Below are positions 10,500 to 18,998 of a DNA stretch of 64,000 bases, in pieces (the stretch's first letter is position 1; each line of letters starts with the position of its first letter). The notes beneath the pieces are model-generated. The model was not told where the DNA came from and did not search any database. It saw nothing but the letters and a program-made list of their open reading frames with translations. Position numbers and translations under genes: made by a program. This DNA comes from Clostridia bacterium (lineage in GTDB: Bacteria; Bacillota; Clostridia; UMGS1810): assembly GCA_045578205.1 (NCBI GenBank), contig JAZNJU010000006.1:350-64349 (forward strand), read 5' to 3'.

Positions 10500-11345
10500 T
10501 CAATATTTCTTTTTCAGTATTCTCAGAATGGTTTCCTTTTCGTCGGGGGTATATATCCCCGTATCTGCAATGTGACACTCCATATTCCGATAGAATTCTT
10601 TTGTGTCGGAGTAATTAAGCCCCGAGAGAAGACGCATATCTTTACGGATTTCATTTTCGCCCTTTTTGCGGATTTTCTTTATGGGATTCTGACTTATTAC
10701 TTCTTTGACATTTTTAGATACAAACTCGCAAAAACACTCTTCATCGTACTGACCTGATATTTTGTAGAAATGTTCGGACACATTCACAATGATTTTGAGA
10801 TATTCCGTAATAACTCTTGTTGCAATCGAACCCAGTCTTTTCTCATTCTTGGTGGAGACCACGGCTTTGGGGAAAACAGTTTTCATTACTTCTTCAAATT
10901 CCTGACTTCTTTTTCCCTCACCCTCCAGGCTTATTAGTATATCATTTGTATTGGAAACACTTGCCTTGTAGGGAAAACCTATGGAATAGTATGTATTCGT
11001 GCCGGAACAACGGAGAATTGACGAATCATACTTGGTGCTGAAATGACAAAGAATTTTATTCTTTACCTGCTTTTCTTTCAGTACATCTGAAAAAGCAGAA
11101 AGTTGTGAATCATGACGGCAGACAAAAATTATATCTGCATCTTTTATGAGTGCCTCCAAAGACAAATATGCCTTTGTGTTAAGCATTATGGCAAGGTTTG
11201 TGGTGCTTTCCACCCCTGAGGAGAGTACACCGCATATTTTCAGCGGGTTGTTTTCTTTCAGATTAACTTGAAGCAATTTTGCATATGGTGTGATAATACT
11301 TTCGTTGCCAACAAAGGCGGCGTTCATTGGTGTCAGTCCTTTCAA
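10500..11345 (-). CDS. Hypothetical protein, possibly a Rossmann-like/DUF2520-type oxidoreductase-related protein
   Basis: 281 aa. Overlaps the upstream gene by 4 nt (operon). Family assignment is from overall look only. Confidence 0.45.
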   Translation of the reverse strand: MKGLTPMNAAFVGNESIITPYAKLLQVNLKENNPLKICGVLSSGVESTTNLAIMLNTKAYLSLEALIKDADIIFVCRHDSQLSAFSDVLKEKQVKNKILCHFSTKYDSSILRCSGTNTYYSIGFPYKASVSNTNDILISLEGEGKRSQEFEEVMKTVFPKAVVSTKNEKRLGSIATRVITEYLKIIVNVSEHFYKISGQYDEECFCEFVSKNVKEVISQNPIKKIRKKGENEIRKDMRLLSGLNYSDTKEFYRNMECHIADTGIYTPDEKETILRILKKKY

Positions 11346-12484
11346 ATAAGCGCACGGGGTTTAATATATGGGGATGTTGTATAGTCCAAAGATGCCTTTC
11401 CGTTTACACAAAGAGAGGCAATGTCTGTTGCGAGAATATCTTTTTTAAGCATTTCTTCGTCCGAGGATTTCGTAACCTTGGTTATAACTTCAAGGTTGCC
11501 CCGTGCTTTTATTTCTTTTATAATTTCTGCCCCTTTTGAATTCAGAGCAAGAACTCTGGCATACCGAGGCTCGGGTGCACTTGTGATACCCAAAACACAG
11601 CACAGTATGACCCGACCTATGCGGTGGGCGGTATATCGCTTTGTAACACAAGCAGATACAAACTCAGCGTAGTTTGTGCATACCTTACTTTGGTTTATGA
11701 GCCTTTTTGCAAGCCCCTCCTCCATACCCGATATATTCTCAAGGGATTTTTCGTCGGCAGTTCGGAAAAACCCGAGAATAAAAGCGGATAATTTGTTTAT
11801 ATCATAAATATTGCTGCTTGTACAGAGCGAATAAGGGCTTGTTTTGTCGCCGGAGAGTATTTTTTGACGAATAGATGTGGCAGAGGTGAATTCACCATGT
11901 GCCTCTGTGCTGTGATATTCACCTATTCTCTTTTCAATATGGACTTTCATAGTTGAGTTCAAACGAATGAGATTTGCCATGTATGCAGTAACTAAGGTTG
12001 CGTTAGGGCAAAAAACCTCGTCGGGTATATCGGGGAGTGTTTTTCTTAGCGCAAATTCACACGATGCGGGATAACTCATTCCTTTGTCCAAAGCCTCTTT
12101 CAGTGCATTGGTGTAGGTTGGACTTTCGCTGTTTTTGTTTCGGGCAATTTCCCACAATAGTTCTGCGTTGTCACACTCACTTCCGAATGCAATACCGTAG
12201 GACGCCATTGCGTGTGCAATTTCCACAGCACCTTTTGCGAATACATCTGCCGACTGAAGAACATAGCAGACGGGAAGTTCTACTATAAGGTCTGCGCCGT
12301 TGTCTATGGCGGCTTTGGCTCTTGTCCATTTGTCATATATTGCGACATCGCCTCTCTGGACCATGCTTCCGCTCATTATGCAGACTATGCCGTCGGCATC
12401 TGTTTTTTTCTTTACTTGTTCAATTAAATATCTGTGTCCTGTATGAAAAGGATTGAATTCACATACAATACTAAAAAAATTCAT
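11342..12484 (-). CDS. tmcAL: tRNA(Met) cytidine acetate ligase / UPF0348 nucleotidyltransferase (YlbM-like)
   Basis: 380 aa. N-terminal EFNPFHTGHRYL HIGH-type nucleotidyltransferase motif. Size and layout match the YlbM/TmcAL family. Confidence 0.75.
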   Translation of the reverse strand: MNFFSIVCEFNPFHTGHRYLIEQVKKKTDADGIVCIMSGSMVQRGDVAIYDKWTRAKAAIDNGADLIVELPVCYVLQSADVFAKGAVEIAHAMASYGIAFGSECDNAELLWEIARNKNSESPTYTNALKEALDKGMSYPASCEFALRKTLPDIPDEVFCPNATLVTAYMANLIRLNSTMKVHIEKRIGEYHSTEAHGEFTSATSIRQKILSGDKTSPYSLCTSSNIYDINKLSAFILGFFRTADEKSLENISGMEEGLAKRLINQSKVCTNYAEFVSACVTKRYTAHRIGRVILCCVLGITSAPEPRYARVLALNSKGAEIIKEIKARGNLEVITKVTKSSDEEMLKKDILATDIASLCVNGKASLDYTTSPYIKPRALI

Positions 12485-12512
12485 TGTTTACTCCTTTTTT
12501 TGAAAAAAAGCC

Positions 12513-12541
12513 TTGACAAAAGATGGTCAACTGTGTATAAT
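12513..12541 (+). promoter_or_regulatory. Consensus sigma-70 promoter for the tRNA
   Basis: TTGACA (12513-12518), 17-nt spacer, TATAAT (12536-12541), 19 nt upstream of the tRNA 5' end. Confidence 0.7.
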
Positions 12542-12559
12542 ATTCAATGTTGACGGTAC

Positions 12560-12635
12560 GCACCATTAGCTCAGTTGGTAGAGCACCTGACTCTTAATCA
12601 GGGTGTCCCGGGTTCGAGTCCCTGATGGTGCACCA
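12560..12635 (+). tRNA. tRNA-Lys (anticodon CUU), encoded CCA
   Basis: Acceptor stem gcaccat/atggtgc. Anticodon arm cctga-CTCTTAA-tcagg, so anticodon CTT. T-arm ggttcgagtcc. Discriminator A followed by CCA. Confidence 0.9.
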
Positions 12636-12639
12636 AACG

Positions 12640-12677
12640 AAAGCCTTGTAATTGCAACGATTACAAGGCTTTTTTTC
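12640..12677 (+). terminator. Rho-independent terminator after tRNA-Lys
   Basis: 13-bp stem aaagccttgtaat/attacaaggcttt followed by a T-run. Confidence 0.75.
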
Positions 12678-12757
12678 TTTTTGTTTAACCTTGTTTCAAA
12701 TGCAAAAAACTGCATAAAAACGCATCGAAATACATTAAAACGGGTGTCAAATTGGTG

Positions 12758-13798
12758 TCAAAATTCAGAAAGGAATGTATTTATCTTATTCACATTCTTT
12801 TCTGTGACATCTTTTGAGAATTCTGTGTAGATATTCATTGTAGTAGATATATCAGCATGTCCCAATAATCCTTGGGCGGTTTTTGCATCGACACCTGCAC
12901 GATATAAAATTTTTGCATATGTGTGCCGGAGTTGATGTTGTGTAATATCTATGCCAAGGGTATTGACTAAATTTTTCCACTTTTTAAAGATTTGTGTCTT
13001 TGAAAGAGGAGTTTTTCCACCAAAGAGGTATTCGCCTTTCTTGGTGGCATTTTTTAGTTTTGTGATAGGTTCATGCAAAACATCTAATATTGGAATGGTC
13101 CGCATTCCGTTTTCGGTTTTAGTTTGAAATTTTACCTTTGCGGTATTACCTTCAAATTCTACAGATTTATTTACGGTAATTGTTCGGGTTTCTAAATTTA
13201 TATCTTCTTTGGTGAGTGCGAGGAGTTCTCCACGGCGAAGACCTGTGTAAAGAAGTATAAAAGCATATATATCAAAATCCACATCAAGGTTTTTGGTGAT
13301 TATGTCGATGTCGCTATCTGATGCTGCGTGACGCTTTGCTTGCTTTGCTTGCTTAGGAACACGTACTACAGATGCAGAATTTTGGACTTTAATGCCATTT
13401 AACATTGCGTAGTTTGTAATAAGCCCATAAACTATTTTAACCTTTGAAATGGAAGATTTTGAATAATTCTCCGTGAGCATATCATTAAATAATTTCTGTA
13501 TTTCGTATGGCTCTATTTCTTCTATATACCTATCGTGAAATCTTGCGAGGTGTTTATATGCTATTCTGTAAGTTTCGATGGTTTTATATGATACAGTTTT
13601 TTCTTTTTCTTCTATCATTCGCTCAAATAGTTTATTTAATTTGTGTTTCTTTTCGTGAGAAATGAATTTATATTCTGCTATTTGGTTGTCGATGTCCTTT
13701 TTTGCTTTTCTTTCTGTGTATTCGGATGAGTAAAAATATACGATTTTTCCGTCAATAGTCATTTTATGACAAAATCTTCCATCTTTTCGTTTATACAT
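12758..13798 (-). CDS. int: Tyrosine recombinase / phage integrase
   Basis: 346 aa. C-terminal catalytic region ...GLRRGELLAL...HQLRHTYAKILY...LLGHADISTTMNIYTEF (R..HxxR..Y). Confidence 0.93.
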   Translation of the reverse strand: MYKRKDGRFCHKMTIDGKIVYFYSSEYTERKAKKDIDNQIAEYKFISHEKKHKLNKLFERMIEEKEKTVSYKTIETYRIAYKHLARFHDRYIEEIEPYEIQKLFNDMLTENYSKSSISKVKIVYGLITNYAMLNGIKVQNSASVVRVPKQAKQAKRHAASDSDIDIITKNLDVDFDIYAFILLYTGLRRGELLALTKEDINLETRTITVNKSVEFEGNTAKVKFQTKTENGMRTIPILDVLHEPITKLKNATKKGEYLFGGKTPLSKTQIFKKWKNLVNTLGIDITQHQLRHTYAKILYRAGVDAKTAQGLLGHADISTTMNIYTEFSKDVTEKNVNKINTFLSEF

Positions 13799-14113
13799 AA
13801 TTCATTTAACCTCTTGATTTTGTTCAAAAATTAAAATACAATATATTTGTGGGGTTTATTTGTAATGTTCTTCGCCCCACTTTATAAAAGACCGAGTATT
13901 GCCGATATAACTTGGTCTTTTTTGTATAAAATTGGCTCGACATGGTACGCATTGTTAAGAGGCGTGTCGAACCTAACGCGTACTTCCGTTATATTCGAAA
14001 ATATTTGAAAGTCAACACTTTTTCATCAAAAACACAAATTTTTGTGTAGTTTTGCGTATTTTCAAGTTGTTATATGTTTTTCGGTGTACTTTAAAATTCT
14101 TCGTATCTCTAGT

Positions 14114-14672
14114 TCATAAGATTATATCATCACAGTTCATTAGATAACTTGATTTGTAAATTATTATGTTATGCTTATAAATATTTTGTTGATACACCTT
14201 GTTAAAGGTGTTATTTTTTAAAATCACAAGTATTGTACAGATATGTAATGTTATTATATCTACAAATTGCTCGGAGCCGTCTTTTGCTAACATATGACAG
14301 GCATCCAGAACATAATCTAAAAATTCTGGAGGTACACTTTTTATGATAGTATTCAAGTAGTTCCAGTTGATATTTGCAGTTTCCAAATATACAACTATGA
14401 ATATCACCATTAACGAAGGTCTCTTTGATAACTCTTTTTGTAATCGTAACATCCCATTCGATATCTTCAAACATATATATGTGGTTGTTATATTCTTGTG
14501 GATACTTTTGTTTGAATGCTTCTTCGAGTATAACGATTTGTTCTTCTAGTTGACTTATTCTTTTTAATGGGAAATGTTCAATTAGTTTTATTACTAAAGC
14601 CATAAAAAATATAAAAAGTATACTCAACAAAGAAATTGAGAGTATTATTAATATGATTTTTATTGATATCAC
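14114..14672 (-). CDS. Small membrane protein gene with an apparent frame switch (ORFs 14211..14672 and 14114..14470 overlap)
   Basis: The N-terminal TM helix and coiled region look protein-like in the frame starting at 14672 (RBS aggtg). After about 14400 the other frame (..NINWNYLNTIIKSVPPEFLDYVLDACHMLAKDGSEQFVDII..) looks more protein-like. Very AT-rich. Confidence 0.35.
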
Positions 14673-14846
14673 CTCTTGTTATATGTTACCTCTACCCGCT
14701 ACAACTGTTCCAATAATAGCGACTGCTTTTTTATGACTCTTTAGTCCGCATAGTACATTGTTTCCTTTTGGTTGTTTTGATACTCCTAGCGCATTGACGT
14801 TTAACAGTAAAGAACAATATTAACTATAATAATTTTTTTGTTTATA

Positions 14847-15818
14847 TCACTCTATCGTAATTGGTAATTTTTTAACATCTTGGTTCAAATCTTGAATGTC
14901 TTTATATTTTTGGTTTAGTTGTTTTAATAGTTCATACTTGCTTGGAAATAATCTCAGTAATTTGTATTTGTATGTATTATTGCAAGTGAAGTGAGATTTT
15001 TTTGCATCTTCAAGATTCAATATGCAAGTTGCCCTAAGCCGATCTATTTCGTTTAAAGTTTCTTGATACTGATTATATTTGTAATACCAATCTATACAAG
15101 AAAGTGGAAATTCCATGAAACATTTACTGCATTTCAAATCGTGATTTTGTATTTCTTCCAAGGCATACATTCCAAGGTTTCTTTGACGATAAGCTCGAGA
15201 GCAACCTCTCTTTCGATGAAACTTTTTGCCGTTTGGTGCAATATAAACAGTAAACGTTCTTCCCCAACTACGTGTTAGTTTCTCTTTTGGGAGACCTTTG
15301 CTATCGATTTCGTATTCATCTGGAATAGTTGGTTTTTTCTCAATGTTTATCAAACTCTTTTTAAATAAATATGCTTGTTTGCAATCACAGTATTTTGAAA
15401 TATTATTGGCGTAGTCTGATAATAGGCGATCCAGACTGTCCTTGAATTCCGAAAAAAGCATTGTAAATATAGAGACTACAATATATGTTGTTAAAGCACA
15501 CCATACTATCAAGGATAACCACTCATTGTCTGCCCTATTGTCAGAAGCAGAAGGTGTTTTATTATTTTCGCGATAAGGATTGTTTGTTGGTGGGTCATAA
15601 GGTGGTGTGAATGGCTTGTAATCTGTGTCAGAAGAACTTCCAGATGAACTTTTTCCTGCATATTCTCCTGTATGAAAATGGTATGTTCCGGCTTTCCTAT
15701 CCCAATGACCACCGTTAGAATCTGTTCTTCCAGGGTGAGCGTTTACGCTAAAATTCAGGAGAGAAACCAAACACAACAATAAAAAAATTAGTTTTGCAAA
15801 AAACTTCTTTTTATTCAC
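14847..15818 (-). CDS. Secreted/membrane YHYH-motif protein: signal peptide, HPGRTDSNGGHWD..GTYHFH domain, Pro-rich linker, TM helix, approx. 200-aa cytoplasmic Cys/His-containing domain
   Basis: 323 aa. The motifs were read directly from the translation. Sits between integrase and repressor, the classic moron position. Confidence 0.6.
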   Translation of the reverse strand: MNKKKFFAKLIFLLLCLVSLLNFSVNAHPGRTDSNGGHWDRKAGTYHFHTGEYAGKSSSGSSSDTDYKPFTPPYDPPTNNPYRENNKTPSASDNRADNEWLSLIVWCALTTYIVVSIFTMLFSEFKDSLDRLLSDYANNISKYCDCKQAYLFKKSLINIEKKPTIPDEYEIDSKGLPKEKLTRSWGRTFTVYIAPNGKKFHRKRGCSRAYRQRNLGMYALEEIQNHDLKCSKCFMEFPLSCIDWYYKYNQYQETLNEIDRLRATCILNLEDAKKSHFTCNNTYKYKLLRLFPSKYELLKQLNQKYKDIQDLNQDVKKLPITIE

Positions 15819-15822
15819 TTTC

Positions 15823-16446
15823 TCAAAACTTTCTCTTCAAACTTTTTACAAGTCCGATTACTTTTATACGCAATACGTCATGTCCCTCAAAACGGCGAGG
15901 CGCAAACATAGGGTTTACGGATTGTAGTTGTATCCAATCATCACCGTAAACAACTCTTTTGACAACCCCTTCACAATCATCAATTAGCACAACAGCAAAA
16001 TCTCCACTATCTACGGAAGTTTGGTGTTGTACTAGAATGTAATCTCCCTCTATAAAGACAGGGTACATACTATCACCGTGTATCTTAAGGTAGAAATACT
16101 CTCTATCGGCTGTCATATCTTCAAGGTCAGCAGTTTCATAATCTATTATGTTACTTTCTGCAAACATACCCTCGCCGGCGGCAACAAAACCATATACGGG
16201 AATTTTGGCGGTATTTGCTGGGTGGTATTGAACTACATCTTTTGTATAGTTACCTTCTCCATACAACAAGCGTTCCACTGATACATCAAAATAATCTGCA
16301 ATCTTCTTTAATGTCACATCACTAGGTGTGGCATTTTTTTGTTTCCATTTGGTTACCGCACCTGAAGAAATTCCAAGCGTTGCTGCTACTGGGTTTGGTT
16401 TTGTGTTGTGCTTAGCACATAGTTCTATGAAATTCTCCCAAAACAT
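15823..16446 (-). CDS. CI/LexA-like phage repressor (XRE HTH + S24 peptidase)
   Basis: Start chosen at MFWENF (ATG 16444-16446, RBS ggaggt 7 nt upstream). HTH is ATLGISSGAVTKWK. S24 motifs are HGDSMYP and VVKRV. Confidence 0.88.
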   Translation of the reverse strand: MFWENFIELCAKHNTKPNPVAATLGISSGAVTKWKQKNATPSDVTLKKIADYFDVSVERLLYGEGNYTKDVVQYHPANTAKIPVYGFVAAGEGMFAESNIIDYETADLEDMTADREYFYLKIHGDSMYPVFIEGDYILVQHQTSVDSGDFAVVLIDDCEGVVKRVVYGDDWIQLQSVNPMFAPRRFEGHDVLRIKVIGLVKSLKRKF

Positions 16447-16534
16447 ATTTGTTACCTCCGTTGTACATTTCTCACAATTCTCACTAAAATATTTTGTAAA
16501 AGATAACAAAAAATAAGAAAAGTAAGAAAACATA

Positions 16535-16563
16535 TTGACTTAGTGAGAAAAGTAAGATATCAT
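16535..16563 (+). promoter_or_regulatory. Rightward (early lytic) promoter candidate in the cI-cro intergenic region
   Basis: TTGACT (16535-16540), 17-nt spacer, TATCAT (16558-16563). The spacer contains one copy of the 12-mer agaaaagtaaga. Confidence 0.45.
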
Positions 16564-16673
16564 ATAATTACTCCCCAAGGCGAGTAAAAATATTCGCCCT
16601 CCAAATGGGGTATAACTTAAATTTTGGCAGTGATTGATGAACTGTCAAAATAGCGAGAGACTCCTGCTCTTGC

Positions 16674-16739
16674 GACAATATAGTCGGGTGTGCAATATCA
16701 GTTGGCGCTTTTATTGTAACGCATCCGACATATATTGTC
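16674..16739. promoter_or_regulatory. Three related operator-like sites in the cI-cro intergenic region
   Basis: gacaatatagtcgg (16674-16687), tgcaatatcagttgg (16691-16705), and inverted ccgacatatattgtc (16725-16739, reverse complement gacaatatatgtcgg). Confidence 0.4.
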
Positions 16740-16781
16740 AAGCAAAATTGCATTTGAAGTGAAAAAAGAGAGAAAAGTGAG

Positions 16782-16982
16782 GTGAGGAAAGTGGGAACGA
16801 ATAACCTAAAGGAAATAAGAGAACGAAAGGGATTAACCCAGGCACAACTTGCTGACAGAACCGGACAGACTATTTCTTCTGTTTGCAGAGTTGAAAAAGG
16901 GACACTGGACTTTCCAGGAAGAGTGTGGAAGGTAATTGCACGAGTGCTTAACTGCACTACAGATGATTTATTGGGGGTGTGA
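16782..16982 (+). CDS. Cro-like XRE-family HTH protein
   Basis: 66 aa (GTG start; alternative GTG at 16791). LKEIRERKGLTQAQLADRTGQTISSVCRVEKG. Divergent from the CI-like repressor. Confidence 0.8.
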   Translation: MRKVGTNNLKEIRERKGLTQAQLADRTGQTISSVCRVEKGTLDFPGRVWKVIARVLNCTTDDLLGV

Positions 16983-16985
16983 CGG

Positions 16986-17216
16986 GTGAATGCCAATTGG
17001 GAGCCAGTATATAACAATATAAGGGCTAAATATGACAAAGAAGTACTTAATATTAAAGAAACTGCTGATGTTTTAGGTTGCGATCCGCGAACAGTTAGAA
17101 AAATAGTAACACCCATCAATAATAAGTATGTGCCGGTTGTAGCGTTAGCGATAGCACTTGTGACAGGTGAAAAGTTAGGAAAGGGTTGTGGCTATGGCAT
17201 AAGGCATCTCAGATAG
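16986..17216 (+). CDS. Small HTH DNA-binding protein (excisionase/MerR-like)
   Basis: 76 aa, GTG start. ...LNIKETADVLGCDPRTVRKIV... resembles HTH_17-type proteins. Confidence 0.5.
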   Translation: MNANWEPVYNNIRAKYDKEVLNIKETADVLGCDPRTVRKIVTPINNKYVPVVALAIALVTGEKLGKGCGYGIRHLR

Positions 17217-17228
17217 GGAGGAATCAAA

Positions 17229-17438
17229 ATGAAATACAAAGTTTGCCCGTTGTGCAATTCGGCTTTGGATTTCGGGGAAAAGTGCGAATGTCAAAATGCA
17301 AAGGAGGAAGAGCGATATGAGATTCAGAATAATAAACCCTCTGAGGTTTCAGAGGGCGGTAATAACGATTCTTGCGACAATATGTTTGTTGTGCTTCGCG
17401 GTCTTGTACAGCAACTGCGAGAAGCACAAAGCATATGA
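17229..17438 (+). CDS. Small Cys-rich (zinc-ribbon-like) protein; 3' part overlaps the next gene
   Basis: 69 aa, MKYKVCPLCNSALDFGEKCEC. Overlaps the better-supported LysM gene by about 120 nt, so its true extent is uncertain. Confidence 0.3.
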   Translation: MKYKVCPLCNSALDFGEKCECQNAKEEERYEIQNNKPSEVSEGGNNDSCDNMFVVLRGLVQQLREAQSI

Positions 17439-17616
17439 GATACAAACTGTGACGGTGTGTGATGGCGATACCGTATGGACCATTGCAGACCGCTTCAACG
17501 GTGAGAATGTAGACATAAGGTATGTCATATATACTCTGGAGGAAATAAACGGTCTTGAAAATGGTGAGATACATCCCGGAGAGGAGATATATGTTCCTGT
17601 TTACATATCAAAATAA
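17317..17616 (+). CDS. TM + LysM protein, YneA-like architecture (candidate cell-division inhibitor)
   Basis: Start at ATG 17317 with RBS aaggagg 7 nt upstream. TM helix AVITILATICLLCFAVLY. LysM region YEIQTVTVCDGDTVWTIADRF...INGLENGEIHPGEEIYVP. Confidence 0.7.
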   Translation: MRFRIINPLRFQRAVITILATICLLCFAVLYSNCEKHKAYEIQTVTVCDGDTVWTIADRFNGENVDIRYVIYTLEEINGLENGEIHPGEEIYVPVYISK

Positions 17617-17716
17617 AAGGGAAAAGCCCCGGTGCGAACACCGAGACTTTTTCAAACACACATACAGTATACCACAAGAACAGGAAAAAATCAAGAGAAA
17701 ATTGGGAGAAAACGAA

Positions 17717-17896
17717 ATGGGAAATATCCTATGTGAATGTGCACAGTGCGGACAAGATATATACAAGGGGTATCCTTTTTATAAAGACAATGAAGATAAC
17801 TACTTCTGCGACAAAGACTGTGCGGTATATTTTGCGATAGAATGTCGCGGTATTAAAGAGACAGATTATGAGGGAGAGAGACCATACTATGGGTAA
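17717..17896 (+). CDS. Small zinc-finger protein
   Basis: MGNILCECAQCGQDIYKG...YFCDKDC. The internal ATG was preferred over the long N-terminal extension of ORF 17555. Confidence 0.45.
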   Translation: MGNILCECAQCGQDIYKGYPFYKDNEDNYFCDKDCAVYFAIECRGIKETDYEGERPYYG

Positions 17897-18998
17897 ATTG
17901 ACAGTATACAATCAACTCATCCAAAGTCCGGATGAGTGTCTTAAATCAATACAAAGAGAGATAGGCTTAAAAACAAGGTGTACACCCTTTGCTATAAAGG
18001 TAATAGAAGCACTTAAAACTCTTAGTATTAAAACAGAACAGGACGGATTAAACGCAGCAAACACTTTGATGTCGGGATTACAGACATTGTGGCAGGGCGG
18101 AGTGCTTGCCGAGGACTATGACAAGATTGACTTTATAAAACGCGGGAATGTCATAGTGCCAAGTGCAAGGGTGGAGGCTTTCCTAAGAGCCGCCGCAAGA
18201 AAAGGCTACAGGATAACCGACACTATTGTGGCGGTACCCGTACCCGATGCAGACACTACATACTTCAAAGAGAATTTCTACGAGGGTGATATCGTGTACA
18301 CTCTTGAGGACAAGCGAATAGCACCCGATAGAGCCATTACGGCAGAGAGAGTCCTTGACGGATATTTCAGCAAAGTTATCTGCAGGCTTGATGTTCACGA
18401 TGTAGACAAGAACAGACGAGTAGCAATGAGTGTATGTGAAATGAGCATTTCCGAAATACTCACCGTTGCATCGGCAAGCGAACAGGGATTTTATAAATCC
18501 TACTGGGAAAAATACAATGACCCAAAATGGGGACAAAAAAACCGAAAAGTCATCACAAATGAAATAAACCCCGACAGTTTTTGGAGTAAGTGGACGGGAG
18601 AAATGGTAAACAAGACCATAATCCGCAGAGCACTAAAGAGGATAAAGGAAGTACTTCCCGAACTGCAAGAGGCTATATATGCCTTTGAACAGGAAGAAAT
18701 AGAGGACATTCCAGTAGTTGAGCCTGTAATTGATATTCCGATGGAAACCACGGAATCCGTGGTGGATTTGCACAATCTTACCGAAGAGCAAAAGGCAGAT
18801 TGCCTGGAGATGTACGAAATATTCAAGGCAAATCCCAAGCAGGCGGAGGACAAGTTCACCGAGATAAAGGAACGCATAGCAAAAGGTGACAAGAGTCAAG
18901 ATATCATAAATGATGAATATGCTTCTCTTGTGGCTCTGCAAAGGTCCAAAGCGAAGTGGGCTGAGATAGGGGGTTACTTTGATGCTAAAGAAAACTAA
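17889..18998 (+). CDS. recT: RecT-family single-strand annealing protein
   Basis: About 369 aa. C-terminal core ...WTGEMVNKTIIRRALKRI... is typical of RecT/Redbeta-type SSAPs. Followed by an exonuclease gene. Confidence 0.7.
   Translation: MGKLTVYNQLIQSPDECLKSIQREIGLKTRCTPFAIKVIEALKTLSIKTEQDGLNAANTLMSGLQTLWQGGVLAEDYDKIDFIKRGNVIVPSARVEAFLRAAARKGYRITDTIVAVPVPDADTTYFKENFYEGDIVYTLEDKRIAPDRAITAERVLDGYFSKVICRLDVHDVDKNRRVAMSVCEMSISEILTVASASEQGFYKSYWEKYNDPKWGQKNRKVITNEINPDSFWSKWTGEMVNKTIIRRALKRIKEVLPELQEAIYAFEQEEIEDIPVVEPVIDIPMETTESVVDLHNLTEEQKADCLEMYEIFKANPKQAEDKFTEIKERIAKGDKSQDIINDEYASLVALQRSKAKWAEIGGYFDAKEN

Noticed and set aside
13930-13985. Short inverted repeats (ctcgaca...tgtcgaac, gtacgc...gcgtac) upstream of the integrase that might indicate a small RNA or attP arm sites
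   Set aside because: The stems are short (6-7 bp) with long loops and no clear promoter or terminator context. Not distinguishable from chance in this AT-rich spacer.
15823-16533. Long form of the repressor ORF (start at 16533, MFSYFSYFLLSF...)
   Set aside because: The extension is low-complexity and covers promoter and repeat sequence. ATG 16446 has a ggaggt RBS and begins exactly at the HTH domain.
16568-17119. 183-aa minus-strand ORF spanning the cI-cro intergenic region and antisense to cro
   Set aside because: Low-complexity composition, no RBS, overlaps two well-supported plus-strand HTH genes and the operator region.
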